55,940 nt of DNA from Girardia tigrina (taxonomy: Eukaryota). Positions 24,679 through 37,356 of this stretch are shown here, piece by piece. Under the pieces are notes generated by a model. The model worked only from the letters and a program-made list of their open reading frames with translations. It was not told the origin of the DNA and ran no database searches. Positions within the stretch are counted from its first letter, which is position 1, and each line of letters opens with the position of its first letter. A program made the translations under genes and the position numbers. The stretch is from positions 1 through 55,940 of the forward strand of contig MQRK01215477.1 in assembly GCA_001938485.1 (NCBI GenBank), written 5' to 3'.

Positions 24679-27528
24679 TGTAAAATAAGATGATTTTTTC
24701 GATTTACAAAAACTATATTATTCAAACAAATTAGATGATACAATTAATTATACTCCTCCATGATCTCCAGATCAAATCACATAATCGCCCAGATACTTAG
24801 GGGGTTTCCGTACCCGCACGGTCGTTCAGCGGAATCTATAGCTACCTCTTGCGTTGTCGGTCCACTCATTTCGTCTTCACTGTCTGAAATGCGATCATCG
24901 GAATCCACTAACATCAGTTGTCGATTGTTCACTGCTATCCTGATGTGGGATAAATGTCTCGTGATTCCATCGTCGTCCAGCTCCACCCCAACTGCAGACT
25001 TCAACGTTGCAATTACATGCGGCCCTGCCCATGGTTCATTGCATTTCCCGCTGACTCATATAAACATTCTCACCAATGCTGAACGGGTTTTTCTCCGTAG
25101 CGTCATACTCATCTTTCGAGATGCATTCCGAGATTAATTTGCATTCAACCTGACGTATTCTCGAATCATTGGCAGTCGAGACTTGGCATGGAATATCAAT
25201 TCATAGGGCCGTACATCCCGGTGACCCGTCGTACTGTTGTACCAAAACAAACATTCGCTGATCGACTTTGTAGATCTCGCCGCCATTGTCTTAATGGTGC
25301 GGTGATTTCTCTCGTACATCCCATTCCCTTGATGCCGATAGGCTACGGTGAACCCTTGCTCGATTCTCCATTTATCTAGCAACCGTTTCACTGGGGCACT
25401 TCAGTAGACAGCCGCATTGTCGGAGAAGAAATGTTTCGGCGGTCCAAATTCAGAGCATACGTTATCTATATGCCAACCTATTTCCTCGGCGGATTTACTG
25501 CGCAACTTTCTCCAAATACAAAATCTTGTTGCTGAATCCACTATGATCAGATACGCGACACCGTTGAAATAAGTCACATCACTACAAAGTTGGTACCATA
25601 CCTTGTCAGTTGACAATTGTTCATGTCGGTACTCAATTCGTGGGACTGGACAGATCTTTGAACACTCAACACACTGCTTGATAACTTTCTTTACTTGATC
25701 CGACTTTATTGCATTAGACCCATATTTTTCCTTCAACAGTTCACTCGTCCTGTCGACTCCAAATTGACAGATATCATGAATTTCCTTGATCTCATCAACA
25801 CTTGGACACTGATTTACTTCAATGGCGTTTACTTTCACTTTCCTGATTAGCCATTGTTTTGGAACCCTGGTCAAACAATCTGCCATATTCAATTGAGATT
25901 TCACCAATTCCAGTTTTTCTTGATCTTTCAACTCTCTCATGATATCGAATCTTCGCTGTACCAAATGTTCAGATAACGTGCGGATTCTTGGGTTGTGTGT
26001 ATTCTTGAATACTACCATGAGCCATCCATACACTGTTGTTGAGTCCGTCTTCAGCTTGAACTTATGAAAGCTCCAGGTTATTGCAAAGTTTATTCCACTT
26101 ATGGCCGCATCCAGTTCACTCATATTAATATGGCTTGTATCGTCTTCTTTCCTTAACCAAGCAGCGTCTTCAACGATATTAGCGTTAACGCACAGTAGTA
26201 CGCCCATTGCTATACTACTTGCATCTGTCCAAATGACAACATTATTATTGCAATTTACCACCCACTTGCCTGTTGCTGGATCTCCATCCATCCTCAGCCT
26301 TTGACAGATTTCATTAACTTTCTCTATGATGTCTTTTGGCACTAATTCATCCCAGCCTATCTTGTATTTTGCGGTTAATCTCTGAATATAGGCAAAAGCA
26401 ACCCGTAACCATCCTGCAACTGGTACATGGCATATCCACTCCCCCAAAATTCCATGTACTTCTCTCATTGTTGCTTTCTCAAGCTCCCTAGTTACGAGCT
26501 CTTGGTCTGTTCTCCACTGCAATTGCTTTGTACATTCAGTCCAAGCACCCTGACATATTTGTCTAAGTCAATCCGTTCTATGAGTTCAGAATCCAACCCA
26601 AACCGGCGAAAAATTCCTGCTAAATCCTCTGCATTACAAGAACTTTCCGCAATGAACACGTCATCAATATACCCAGAAGCAGTTATCGTCTGCTCTTCCT
26701 TGATAATCGTTTCAACTATTCTTGACATGACTTTTGACGCAATGGATAGACCAAACCCTAACCTGGTCATCACATACACTTCGCCATTTCACATAACCGC
26801 CTGATATTTCCACAAATCTGGAGCCACCCTTACTTGTAGGTAAGCCTTTTTTAAATCCATTATGGCGCAGTTGGGTCCCAATTTTCTCCAATCCCGTAAT
26901 CGTGATTGGCAACTGGCATAACTGCTGCCCGGATAGCTATGAATTTGTGCGTTCAGTAACCTGTAGTCTAATACCGGTCGAATTCGTGTCGTTTTGCCTT
27001 TGACTTGCCGCACTACCATCAACGGTATCATATTACGAATCTTCCCCTCTCGTTTTTCATATCCACTTTATCAGAACACATTCACTTCATCTTGAAATGG
27101 CTCTTTATCTTCATTGGGAATATCATAATTGACACATGATGTTCTCCCAACCGGATGATCATCGACAAATCTCCATCGTTTGCTCCAATACCTTCCGTCA
27201 AATACCTTCCAAAATCATCCTCTTTTATCTGCAAATGTCTTCCACTTTTCACTCCAGTTGCTGCAGTAATAGCTTCTTCGCTATCTTTTTTAGCATGATA
27301 AGATAATTATTCTATCTTTATAGCATGGCCAAACATGAGACTTCTTTTCCATTAGCCCGTCTACCTCGATGGCAAACTCGAATCTGTCAATCCAACGTTC
27401 GACGTCCTCCCCACAATCAAATTTCTTCAAATTACTGATTGCTTTCATTGCCGCGAAAAAAAATAAGATGATTTTTTCGATTTACAAAAAACTATATTCA
27501 AACAAATTAGATGATCCAATTAATTACA
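24679..27528 (-). mobile_element. Ty3/gypsy LTR retrotransposon with both LTRs; internally deleted (most gag and protease) and frameshifted RT-RNaseH-integrase
   Basis: ~74 bp direct repeats at 24679-24752 and ~27460-27528. Perfect 5-bp TSD GTTAA at 24674-24678 and 27529-27533. PPT TGGAGGAG. Motifs RPVLDYR, DLKKAYLQ, YIDD, WTDASS, SELDA, H..C..C, SDN, GNGMYER. Confidence 0.95.
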
Positions 27529-28396
27529 GTTAATAATTTCATCATTTTTAAAAATAAAGTTCGTAAATGAAACATTATTCAAATCATCTGTCGTTGGAAT
27601 CGGGGAAATTTTTATTCAACAAAAAATTCAAACAGAAATCGACTCAAAACAATTAATTATTTCTTTATTTTAACTAACATTTAAAAATCCCATCAAAACA
27701 AGTTCATAATATTTTCAACTAATCCATTCAAATATCATAACAATAAATGAATCACTTTTTGATCAACAACAAAAAAATTTTTATTTAAAAAATAGAATCG
27801 AAAACATTTCTATTTTTCAAATGCCTCATTGATAAATAAAATGTAAAGAATGAGTTTGTTATGCATAGATAAAATATCAAAATTATTGTCAGATTTAAAA
27901 AACCTTGACGACTATTTCGACTAGTTATTTTTGCTTATTTTTAGAATTTCATATAAAAACCTAATTTCATGCAAACTAAAATGAGTTATTTATTTGATCA
28001 ATGTTAATAAATTCAATTCTAATGAACTTGATTTGAGTAATTGGGAAAAAGAAAAGTTTTTCCAATAAATTTTTGACAGTTTAATTATTGAAAGGTGTTT
28101 AATTTGGTATTTGTTGCAACTTTATGAGGTCTACACTCCCTGTTTTTGTTTTTGATTCCCTTCGCATCCAACTGTCAATTTTTCGTTTTATGTTTCGCCA
28201 ATTTGCTCTTAATTTATGCGGAAATCCAGCAACATAATTCCTTGAACATTGGAACTTATTATAATAAATTAAATTTTAATAATTTTATTCAAATGAAATT
28301 CTTGAAAGTGATTTCTTACATTAAAATCAGATTTTTTTAGTTCTTTAAAAATATTTTATTATGTAATACTGATAAAACATTACTCAACTTTTATTA

Positions 28397-29672
28397 TTAG
28401 GTGATTTAAAAAATTATGTCGTTTTTTAACCTTAATCTTTAAAAACAAATATCTCAGCGTAGAATGAACTTTATTAATCGAAATAAAAACCGTTAGCATC
28501 AATACACTTTTGTCAACGTTGCACAAGTTTATTTACTCCGGTTGCATAAAATACTGACTTTCTGGAGGCGATGAAATTGTTGAAGGTAGTTTTAGCATTC
28601 CCTTGATTTTTGAAGTATTTCTCCTGGAGGAAAATGTCAAAATGTTTGAAAAAGTGATAATTAGTAGGCGAAAAGTCAGGTGAGTATGGTGGATGACTCA
28701 AAGTTTCGTAGCCAAGTTCGTTCAACAGTTGCATTATCAGACGTGCGATGTGTGGCCGAGGGTTGTCGTGGAGAAGAATAGGCCCCTTCCTATTGACTAA
28801 TGCTGGTTGTTGTTGTTGAAGTTTCTGGTTCATTTTGACAATTTCCTGACAGTGTCTCTACCGTAATTGTTTCTCCTGGATTTAGGAAGCTATGATGAAT
28901 AATACCGGCTGCAGACTACCAAACAGTCACAATCATCTTTTTTGGTACAATTTCTGCCTCGGAAAGGGTTGCGGAGCTTGATCGTAGTCCAATCATTGAT
29001 AAGAACGTCTCCGATTGTCGTAGAGAATCCACTTTTCATTACACGTTACAATTCGGTCCAGAAACAGATCATTCTTGTTCCGCAAAAGAAGTGAAGACGA
29101 TGCCTCAAAACGACGCATTTTTGATTGTCATTTAATTCATATGGAATTCATTTATCCAGTTTTTTCGACTTCCAATTTCACGCAGATGGTTTGAAATTGT
29201 TCCTATCGTGACACCTAGTTCCTTCGCAAGCTCTCGAAATTTTGTGCGTGGATTTGCTTCTACTAAAGTCTTCAAATTTTCATTTTCAAAAGCAGGTTTC
29301 CGTCCCCGGCCATCATCATCTTTGAGGGTCTCATCTCCTTGAAATTTTTTGAACCAACGTTGTAACATACGTTCGTTTGGGATTCCATCGCTCAATGCAC
29401 CGTTGATATTACGGGCGGCCTCCGATGCTTTGTGGCCAAGTTTGAATTCATATCAAAAATTGCTCGTAATTGCGCTTTTTGCATATTGACAACTATTTAA
29501 ATAAACACGTTATTTTAAAGTTAATATTTAAACAAAGTATCATAGAAATATAGAGTTTTTCATAAGCTTTAAAATTATGTATAAAACATAAATAAATTAT
29601 TAAGATTTATTTCAAAACATGATCGAAAAACAGGAATATTCAAAAAACGAAATTATTTTTTAAACAACCTAA
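28397..29672 (-). mobile_element. Full-length degenerate mariner, cecropia (Hsmar1-like) subfamily
   Basis: TIRs TTAGGTGATTTAAAAAATTATGTCG / CGAAATTATTTTTTAAACAACCTAA; ~1.28 kb. Motifs EKWILYDN, PALVNRKGPILLHDNPRPH, HPPYSPDFSPTNY. Confidence 0.92.
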
Positions 29673-30059
29673 AAACATTTTTTACCTTATCAAATTAACT
29701 TATGCCATTAATAAATATAAATAATTAGAATTAAAAACCTGAAATATTTTGACATTTATTGGTAAAAAATATTTGACATTTCGACTTTGGTATTTGAGTT
29801 TTTATTTTTGTAAAATTTGCAACTTTTATGATAAATATCCTTTCATTAATATAATAATTTCGATTTTCTACAACCCTCACATGTTGAAAGTATGTTCCTG
29901 GAATACATGGGAAAGGTTGAGTATTGCTGATATAATCCGATACTTAGAGTATATTTCATTTAACGGTCCCCAGTATAGTTTATAATTGTTATAACAAATA
30001 AGTAAAGCTAAACACTCTAAATAAACATGTTAAAGAGGAATATTAGCAATTGAAAAAAT

Positions 30060-30972
30060 ACGTTTTTATAAATTTCATTTGTTTTTTAAAATTTTCTTCG
30101 CAGCTTATCTTTCAGGTAACCTGTAAATTCCTGTTTTGAGAGAAGTTGTCGTCCTTGGAGTTAAAATAGTCAGCAACTGCCTTGGAACACTTTCAAAAGA
30201 CTAGAGTTTTTTCCCGTTAGATAATTTTGCAGAGATGGTGCATTGTCAAGTAAATACGGTGTGTGAATAAGGACTTCTCATCCTAACGCATTCAATTTTT
30301 GTTGTGTCACCATTGCAGTATGCGGTCGAGCATTATCGTAAATGAACACTATTCCTTTTCTGGACGTTAATACTGGCCTTTTTTCTTTGATAGCTGCATT
30401 CAATTTATCCAGCTGATTACAGTACAGGTCTGCGTTGATGGTTTGTCCCTGTTTCAGCGACTCGTAGTACACTGAACCTTTCCTGTCCCACAACAAACCA
30501 ACTGGTACTTTTCGTTGATAGATACTTGGATTATTTTCCAACATGGAATTATTTATTTATTTAATTATTTTCCAGCAAAACATCTTATTGATCTTAGATG
30601 TTCGACTAGATCGATCACTTTCTTGGAGACTTAGATCCCAGGAACGAAATTTTCTAAACCATTTTTGACAAGTACGAACAATTACAATATATTTTCCAAA
30701 TATCGCACATAAATTTTGCATGTAACCGATGTGTTGCTTCCTTTTTGGAATTCATACAAAATGCAGTGTCGTAAATGCACTTTATCTGCAGAAATTTTTT
30801 CACTTTGAATATCACAAGTAAATGATAAACGGTAAAAAAGGACTGCTTTTATATTATACGTAAGCTAAAAAACAAAAAAGCAATCAAATAACCCACTAAC
30901 CAGATGTTTTTTTATTTACAAGACAAATTACTAGCCTATTTAAAAGACGACAGAACTTTCCCTCCAACCTAA
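30060..30972 (-). mobile_element. Internally deleted mariner, mellifera-like
   Basis: TIR (TA)TTAGGTTGGAGGGAAAGTTCTGTCGTC ends at 30972. Motifs HLRHCILYEFQKG, WDRKG...GQTINADLYCNQL...DNARPH. Confidence 0.85.
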
Positions 30973-31695
30973 TAAGATCATTTTATTGAAAGGGTTAATA
31001 TCTGTCAGTCGTCTTCTGTGGACTGTCCATTCTAGTCACGTTAGTCTTTAGCTTCGTAGACATGCCTAGGTCCACAACAATCCTATACTACATGAAAATT
31101 TGCAACAATTATCCATGCCCTTAAAATTATGATTTTTTTACACTTAAACCAGTCAAATTTATACACAGATTAATTTTCACTCTTATATTTATTTTTTCTT
31201 AAGATGAATTTTCTCATTTTAAAAGTGGAAGTCTATTTAAGACTTCGTATATAATTTAAGTTTTAAAATTTATTTCCATATTTGATATATGAATTTTTCT
31301 TTTCTTTCTGACGTAAACATACATAATTAAAATCAGTGTAAATATGCAAACTGGTGACTAACAAACTGTTCTCTTGTCTTTGTTTTAACATATGTGGTGC
31401 TCAATGAAATGTTGATAGTGAAAATTGGCTGAAACAGTTTTATGTGCAGAAATTTCAAATTTAGTTTTGGATTAATTAATTCATTGAATTTGAAAGGAGT
31501 GAGCAATGTATAAGTGCGGCTTGAGATCTGTGGGTGTTACACTGACACCCTCAGGAACATCACTTCTGGCGTCACTACAACTTGGAAAATTGCTTTCACT
31601 TAGTGTTTTACTATTTTAAAATGTTTTCTTCCATTAAGAGATAGAGAAAGTTTTTCGATTTTTCTATTGTATAAATGGTAATTTTAACGTTTTAA

Positions 31696-31916
31696 CCCTT
31701 TCCTGGCTATTGATGTCATATGGAATCATGTTTCATTTTAATATTTTATAGGCATCTATGGCAAAATACAAATAATATTTTTATTTCTGATCAATAGACG
31801 AATATACAAATTATTCTTACACATGTTTTATCAAACGCCATTTTGTTTGTATTATTTCAAAGTTGCAAAAGTGATTTAAGGATGCCAATTTAATTCTTTA
31901 TTCAGACAGGAAAGGT
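31696..31916. mobile_element. piggyBac-type MITE (221 bp)
   Basis: TTAA|CCCTTTCCTG ... CAGGAAAGGT|TTAA. Confidence 0.75.
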
Positions 31917-31948
31917 TTAAGCACTGTAAAAGATTTTTGAATTATATA

Positions 31949-32894
31949 TTAGGGTGAACCAAAAGTCTTTTCGTATTTTTTATTAAAAATTTAAACATAA
32001 TTTTACAACAAATAAAAAACATTTAAGTTTCAAAGTAAAGGCCATTTGAATCTATAGCTTGAACCCATCTATGGGCAAGTTATGCGATCCCTCTGCGGTA
32101 CCAATTCTTGTTCTTAGAAGAGAAGAACTGGTGGCACCCGTTTTCGACCTCGGCCAGATTATTGAAGCTGCGACCACGAAGAAAGTGTGCCATAGAGCGG
32201 AAAAGGTGATAGTCGGATGGCGCAAGATCCGAACTATACGCTGGGTGTGGAAGAAGTTCAAAGGCGTCGAGATTTTTGATTTTTTCCTTTGTTTGTTTGA
32301 TGGTGTGCGGTTTTGCATTGTCCTGTCGTAGAAGAACTCGCTTTCGATTGATCAAAGCGGGGTATTTCTCGCCAAGTGCCGCATACATTCGATCATGTTG
32401 GGTGCAGTAAAGGTCAGCGTCGATGGTACGACCATTTGGAACCAGCTCGAAGTGAATCACGCCTGCGAAATTCCATCAAACACACAAAAGTGCCTTACTT
32501 GAGAAACGATCTCGTTTCGCTACCGGTTCGCCATTTGTCCGGGGTCCAACCATTGATTTTGTTGGTCTGGATTACTGAAGTAAACCCACTTTTCATCGCA
32601 AGTTACAATTCGACTGATGAAACGGTCATCGCGCGGTTTTTCAAGCAATTTTTGACAAGTTCGAAATGACAGTCTGAATAATATTCAGTCCAAATTTGTT
32701 AAATTTGGTAAAATATTAGTGTGTTTTTAAAGGCCACCTGAGGACCTTTGGGACAGCCTAAGTATATTGCGACAGAGCAGTTAAAGAGCTTTAAAAACAT
32801 ATAACACATGTATATAAAATATCTTTATTTGGTAATAAGAAACAATTGAACAAAAAGACGTAGAAAATACGAAAAGACTTTTGGTTCACCCTAA
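31949..32894 (-). mobile_element. Mariner with both TIRs; HTH region deleted and replaced by filler DNA
   Basis: Perfect TIRs TTAGGGTGAACCAAAAGTCTTTTCGTATTTT with TA TSDs. Motifs CDEKW, LRQDNAKPH, HPAYSSDLAPSDYHLF. Confidence 0.93.
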
Positions 32895-33207
32895 TATTTG
32901 TAGTTCTGTCTACAAGGGTTTATTACATCAGTTAATTTACTAAACCTCACAATAAATTATCTTCAAAAGTTACAGCTATTTTTCTAAATTGTTTTTTGTA
33001 TTGAAATGTAAAAACATGCTTTATTGAAGAAAAATTTGTAGTTGTATTTGTTCCATCAGTTTTATAATTTTAATGTTTTTCCCGTCATTTATTATCATTG
33101 TTTTTATAATCGCGTAAGCAATAGTTTTAACATATTTTTTAATGAAGAAAATAACACTAACTCCTAACCTTATATTTATATAAGTTAATTAAAGCATTTT
33201 TAATTAA

Positions 33208-34749
33208 GGGGTCGTTCATAAATTATGTCACACTTTTAGGGGGGAGGGGGTCTAGAAGTTTGTCACATTTTGTGAAAGGGAGGAAGGGGTACGATAATTT
33301 GTGACGTCACAAAGATTTGTTAAGATAAAAATCAATGATATCAAATGCTAAAATATTTAAATAATCAATGATAAAATTAAATGTATGAGTTTTTTTCATG
33401 ATTTAATTTTTTATTATTTTTGACTAAATTAGTGTATAATTAAATCAGTTCAATTGATTTTTGTAGTCTAATTTGCTTCTCAATCAAAATTAAAAATGTT
33501 TAATATCGTTTATTTATATGACAATGTCTAAACTTCAAACTTTGTTTAAACCACGTAGTAGCTTCTTCAATTTTTTTCCTAATCGTTTTTTGCCACCACC
33601 TAGATCGATGCAATATAAACCAGAAATGCAAATTGCTAGTCCAGGAGATAGTGGTTCAATGTTTATGAATTTATTTAAAAATCAGGCATTTTCCAGTCAG
33701 AATATTCCTAGTGACACATATTGTCCTTTTATCAGCCAAATTGTTTGAAGTCGAGTCTTTGTTGAGCGTAATTTTTATTGAGCTTCTTTAGAAATGTTAA
33801 AAATTCATCGTAAGAGCAACCATAATCGTATTATCAACACTAAAAAAAGCCAAAAAAGTAATAGCAAAGTAATAGTAATTATCATTTCTTTGATTAATAT
33901 TGAAACACACTTGAAAAATATTTGGAATTTTGAATAAAAATGATATATATATACTAAAAAATGTGAATTTTTTTTTATCACAAAAAATTTAATGATTTTT
34001 ATGTCTAAAAAACTGATTGAAGTGATTGAACAAAGAAAAGAGTACCCGAAAATGCTCCAGCCGCGTATCAAAAGAGTGCAATGCACGTATCCTTCTTGTT
34101 TCAAAGATTTTGCGTAACAGAAGGAACTAATAAGAAACATCAAAAACGTGCATACAGTCACGACGCCGCAGCGTCAGATTGGTGACAAACCTTTCCAATG
34201 TCCCATGGAAAATTGTCACAAGACATATAAAACGGATGGATGGTTAAAGATACATTTTTTGATCGATCACCGAACCCAAGGCAGTACTTGTGGTACTAGT
34301 GTTTCACAAAATAACGCAGATGATGGATGTACAAAATCTTCGAAACCTATCGCGATGCATGATGTGTCAGTGCCCCTCGATGGTACTGCTGAAACGGACC
34401 CAAGAGTGATTCCAATGGTGGTTCTAGACTTTCGGTTAAGTAATAAAAATGATGTGGGGATATTTCGGTGTCCCTTTACTCATTGTACACAGTCAAAGCT
34501 CTACAGAATCACGGTCCGAGGGATCATGACTGGTCCTTTCTGACTTGGAAACAGAAGCGTGCCCGTGCACTGAAAGCTCACATTCTTGCATCTAAAGCCA
34601 TGCGAGAAAGTCAGTAGGCTCTGTATTGTCTATTTATGGTTTCTACTTGATACAGAGTCTGACTCTCTACCATGTACGCCAATGCTGGTACTGTAGTTTC
34701 TACAATGCTCGGTTATCCGTTCAGTCGGGGGAGGCTTATGAACGGCCCC
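33208..34749. mobile_element. TAA-flanked TIR element (PIF/Harbinger-type by TSD) carrying a C2H2 zinc-finger fragment
   Basis: TAA|GGGGTCGTTCATAA ... TTATGAACGGCCCC|TAA (13/14). The superfamily is inferred from the 3-bp TAA TSD only. Confidence 0.75.
34050..34543 (+). pseudogene. C2H2 zinc-finger coding fragment (2-3 fingers, disrupted)
   Basis: VQCTYPSCFKDFA*QKELIRNIKNVH...GDKPFQCPMENCHKTYKTDGWLKIHFLIDH...FRCPFTHC. Confidence 0.7.
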
Positions 34750-35978
34750 TAATCATAAAGCGTGTTTCAATGTTTTAGGACGTCATCATCAGCAATTATC
34801 AATTTGCACAAATTAATTAAAATGAAAGATAATAAAGAGTAACATAATAATCAAGTAGAAAATTATAAAAAACATCGAAGTACGTTTAATGATCATATTA
34901 TCAAAAATGCTTTAATTAAGTTATATTCCTGGAATATTTATTTATTTATTCCATTAATTTCAATTCAATTAAACCAAAAGGGATGAATTAAAATTTTTAT
35001 TTAATAGATAAAACTTTGAAAATTAAACACGTTTTAGCTATTAACATTTTTTTAATTAAGAATTCTGATGATTTTTAGTTTAACATAAATACATGATATG
35101 TAAGGGAGGAACTAAAAAAGTAGTTCTACATAATGTGTCTCCTAAATAAACACTTAGGCTTGCCATTCGGATTTCTGGCATTCCAATACAGAGGAAGAAC
35201 ATGAATACATGTATTTTTCTTTCCTTTGTACTTTGTAAATAAAATTCATATTTAACTTATTTTTAAAACTTTCATATAAACATTTTTATTTTCCATTGTT
35301 TTATTATTATTTGCATGATTATATTTCATTATAATTGTAGAAGCAACCTAAAGTTAGTTACCGTGACTTGAAATTGCTTTTACAAAAAAATATGAAATGT
35401 AAAAAGACAAAGTAAACAAAACTATTAATTATTTAACAACAACGGACAGACTAAAAAGAAATAATTAATCACAGCAAAAAGAAATAAAGTCAGTGGGAAG
35501 AATGAACCACAATTAATGTTACTTTTTACAGCAAAAATTCTTCTTGGTTGAAATAGATACTGTTTTTGCTCCGAGCCACAGTTTAATGGAAAGTTACTTG
35601 AATTAACTTTTTCTGTATATGATTTTTGTTGTTTGATATTAATATAGTTCGTCCAAAAAAATAAAAAAAAAGTCTTGAAGTTTTCGGGTTTCGGATTGAG
35701 CAATTTGGAAACTAGCGAAAATGTAAATGAGTACGCTAATATAACGCTTTCGATATTTAGTTTTCTGAAATCAATATTTTTATTGATTTCATTTTCAATT
35801 TATCATTCATTTTTTATGCGATACCGCTTAATATATTTCCGTTTTAATTTAAATTAATTTCTTTTAAATACGAATACGTCAAATAGAAAAAAAACTAAAT
35901 AAATGACTAAGTCACAAAAAAAATCACACCACACCATCATTTTAAATAAAAGAAATAATGTCAAAAATAAACTGACAT

Positions 35979-36031
<53 letters not shown>

Positions 36032-36957
36032 ATATATATACGTGTTACAAAAAAACATGACAAAAGAAATAAAGTAATTGGAGAAATTAAATTATCTTAA
36101 ATTAAATTATATTTAAATTTATTTAACTTACATGCCTCTACAATAATGATGATTATTAAATCTCTTTAAGGCAAAGACCTCTAAATTTTTATCGAAATAT
36201 TTATTATATCAGTTTATTTACTTTATTTGGAGAATTTTTTATAAAAACAAAAATTATTTTTTTTTACTAAAATCAATAATTGGCAAATTAAGATTACAAG
36301 ACAGATTTTGGAGCTTCGCCTTGTTTGAACAGACGTTACCATGATTGTTCATTAACATAGATCAGTATTTCCGTTTACATGTTTTTAATTTATAATTATC
36401 AAAGGTTGAACAATAAATTAATTAATTCCGAGATTTTATTATTAATTGAAACAGATTAATTTAATTAAGTTGTAAAATAATGTTTGACATTTGAATAAAT
36501 ATCGCTATTATTAACTTTTTAGTCAGTATTAAAATTGTTAAGGAAGTTTTTTTTAATTTAATATTTGTACAGATATATAATAAAAATTATTAAGAACACT
36601 AATGTGATTTTCGATACTTTTATTACTATCGTAAGTTGATTTGTCATGAAGATAAATATTAAAACTTTCGAAACTTTGAATCATGCATTGATTAATGATC
36701 TTTATCCGATTATCTAAACTAATTGGGGCCTGAAAATATTTCTAAAATATTTACTATAAATTTCACTTTGTAAAATTAAAATAAACATTATTTTTTACAA
36801 AAATATTATTTTGCTTTATTTATATAAAAAATTAATATAAAATTTATCAAATTATTTAAAATTTTACAATAATATTAAATCAAATAAATTTAAATACTGT
36901 GTTAATTTAAATCAAATTACTTTCAGATAATAAGAATTAAAATATTTATGTAATATT

Positions 36958-37035
36958 CAGTGATGTTGTCGAGCCGGAACGCTCCGCAACGTCGTTCCGA
37001 TACTTCCTTTTTGGACAGGAACGCGTTCCGGAACT
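36958..37035 (+). mobile_element. Probable hAT-type terminus with palindromic subterminal repeats
   Basis: CAGTG start followed by CCGGAACGCTCCG, CGTCGTTCCG and GGAACGCGTTCCGGAAC. The other end was not identified. Confidence 0.4.
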
Positions 37036-37315
37036 AAAGATAATTTCTGATAACGAGAATTGGCTGTAGTATTGAAAAAAAATTAAAAAGAATTGCTGAT
37101 TTTTTTCCTAATTTTGACGAATTTTTATATGTATTAATAAATGCACATTTTTTATGTGTGTTGCTGATTTATTTTTTTATGAGAAAAACGGGAAACGACA
37201 TTAGTGTTTTCATGTATTGTTAAAAATATTTATGCAATATTGTTTGAGTATCTACTATGCGTATTTTATAATTTGCTAACTAATTTTTATTAAACGTTAC
37301 TATTATTGTAATAAA

Positions 37316-37356
<41 letters not shown>

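Noticed and set aside
35425-36100. Short AT-rich ORFs here and elsewhere (e.g. 2578-2787, 17263-17448, 29749-29985)
   Set aside because: Low-complexity F/I/Y/K frames expected by chance in very AT-rich DNA or microsatellites. Antisense ORFs over TE coding regions were ignored likewise.
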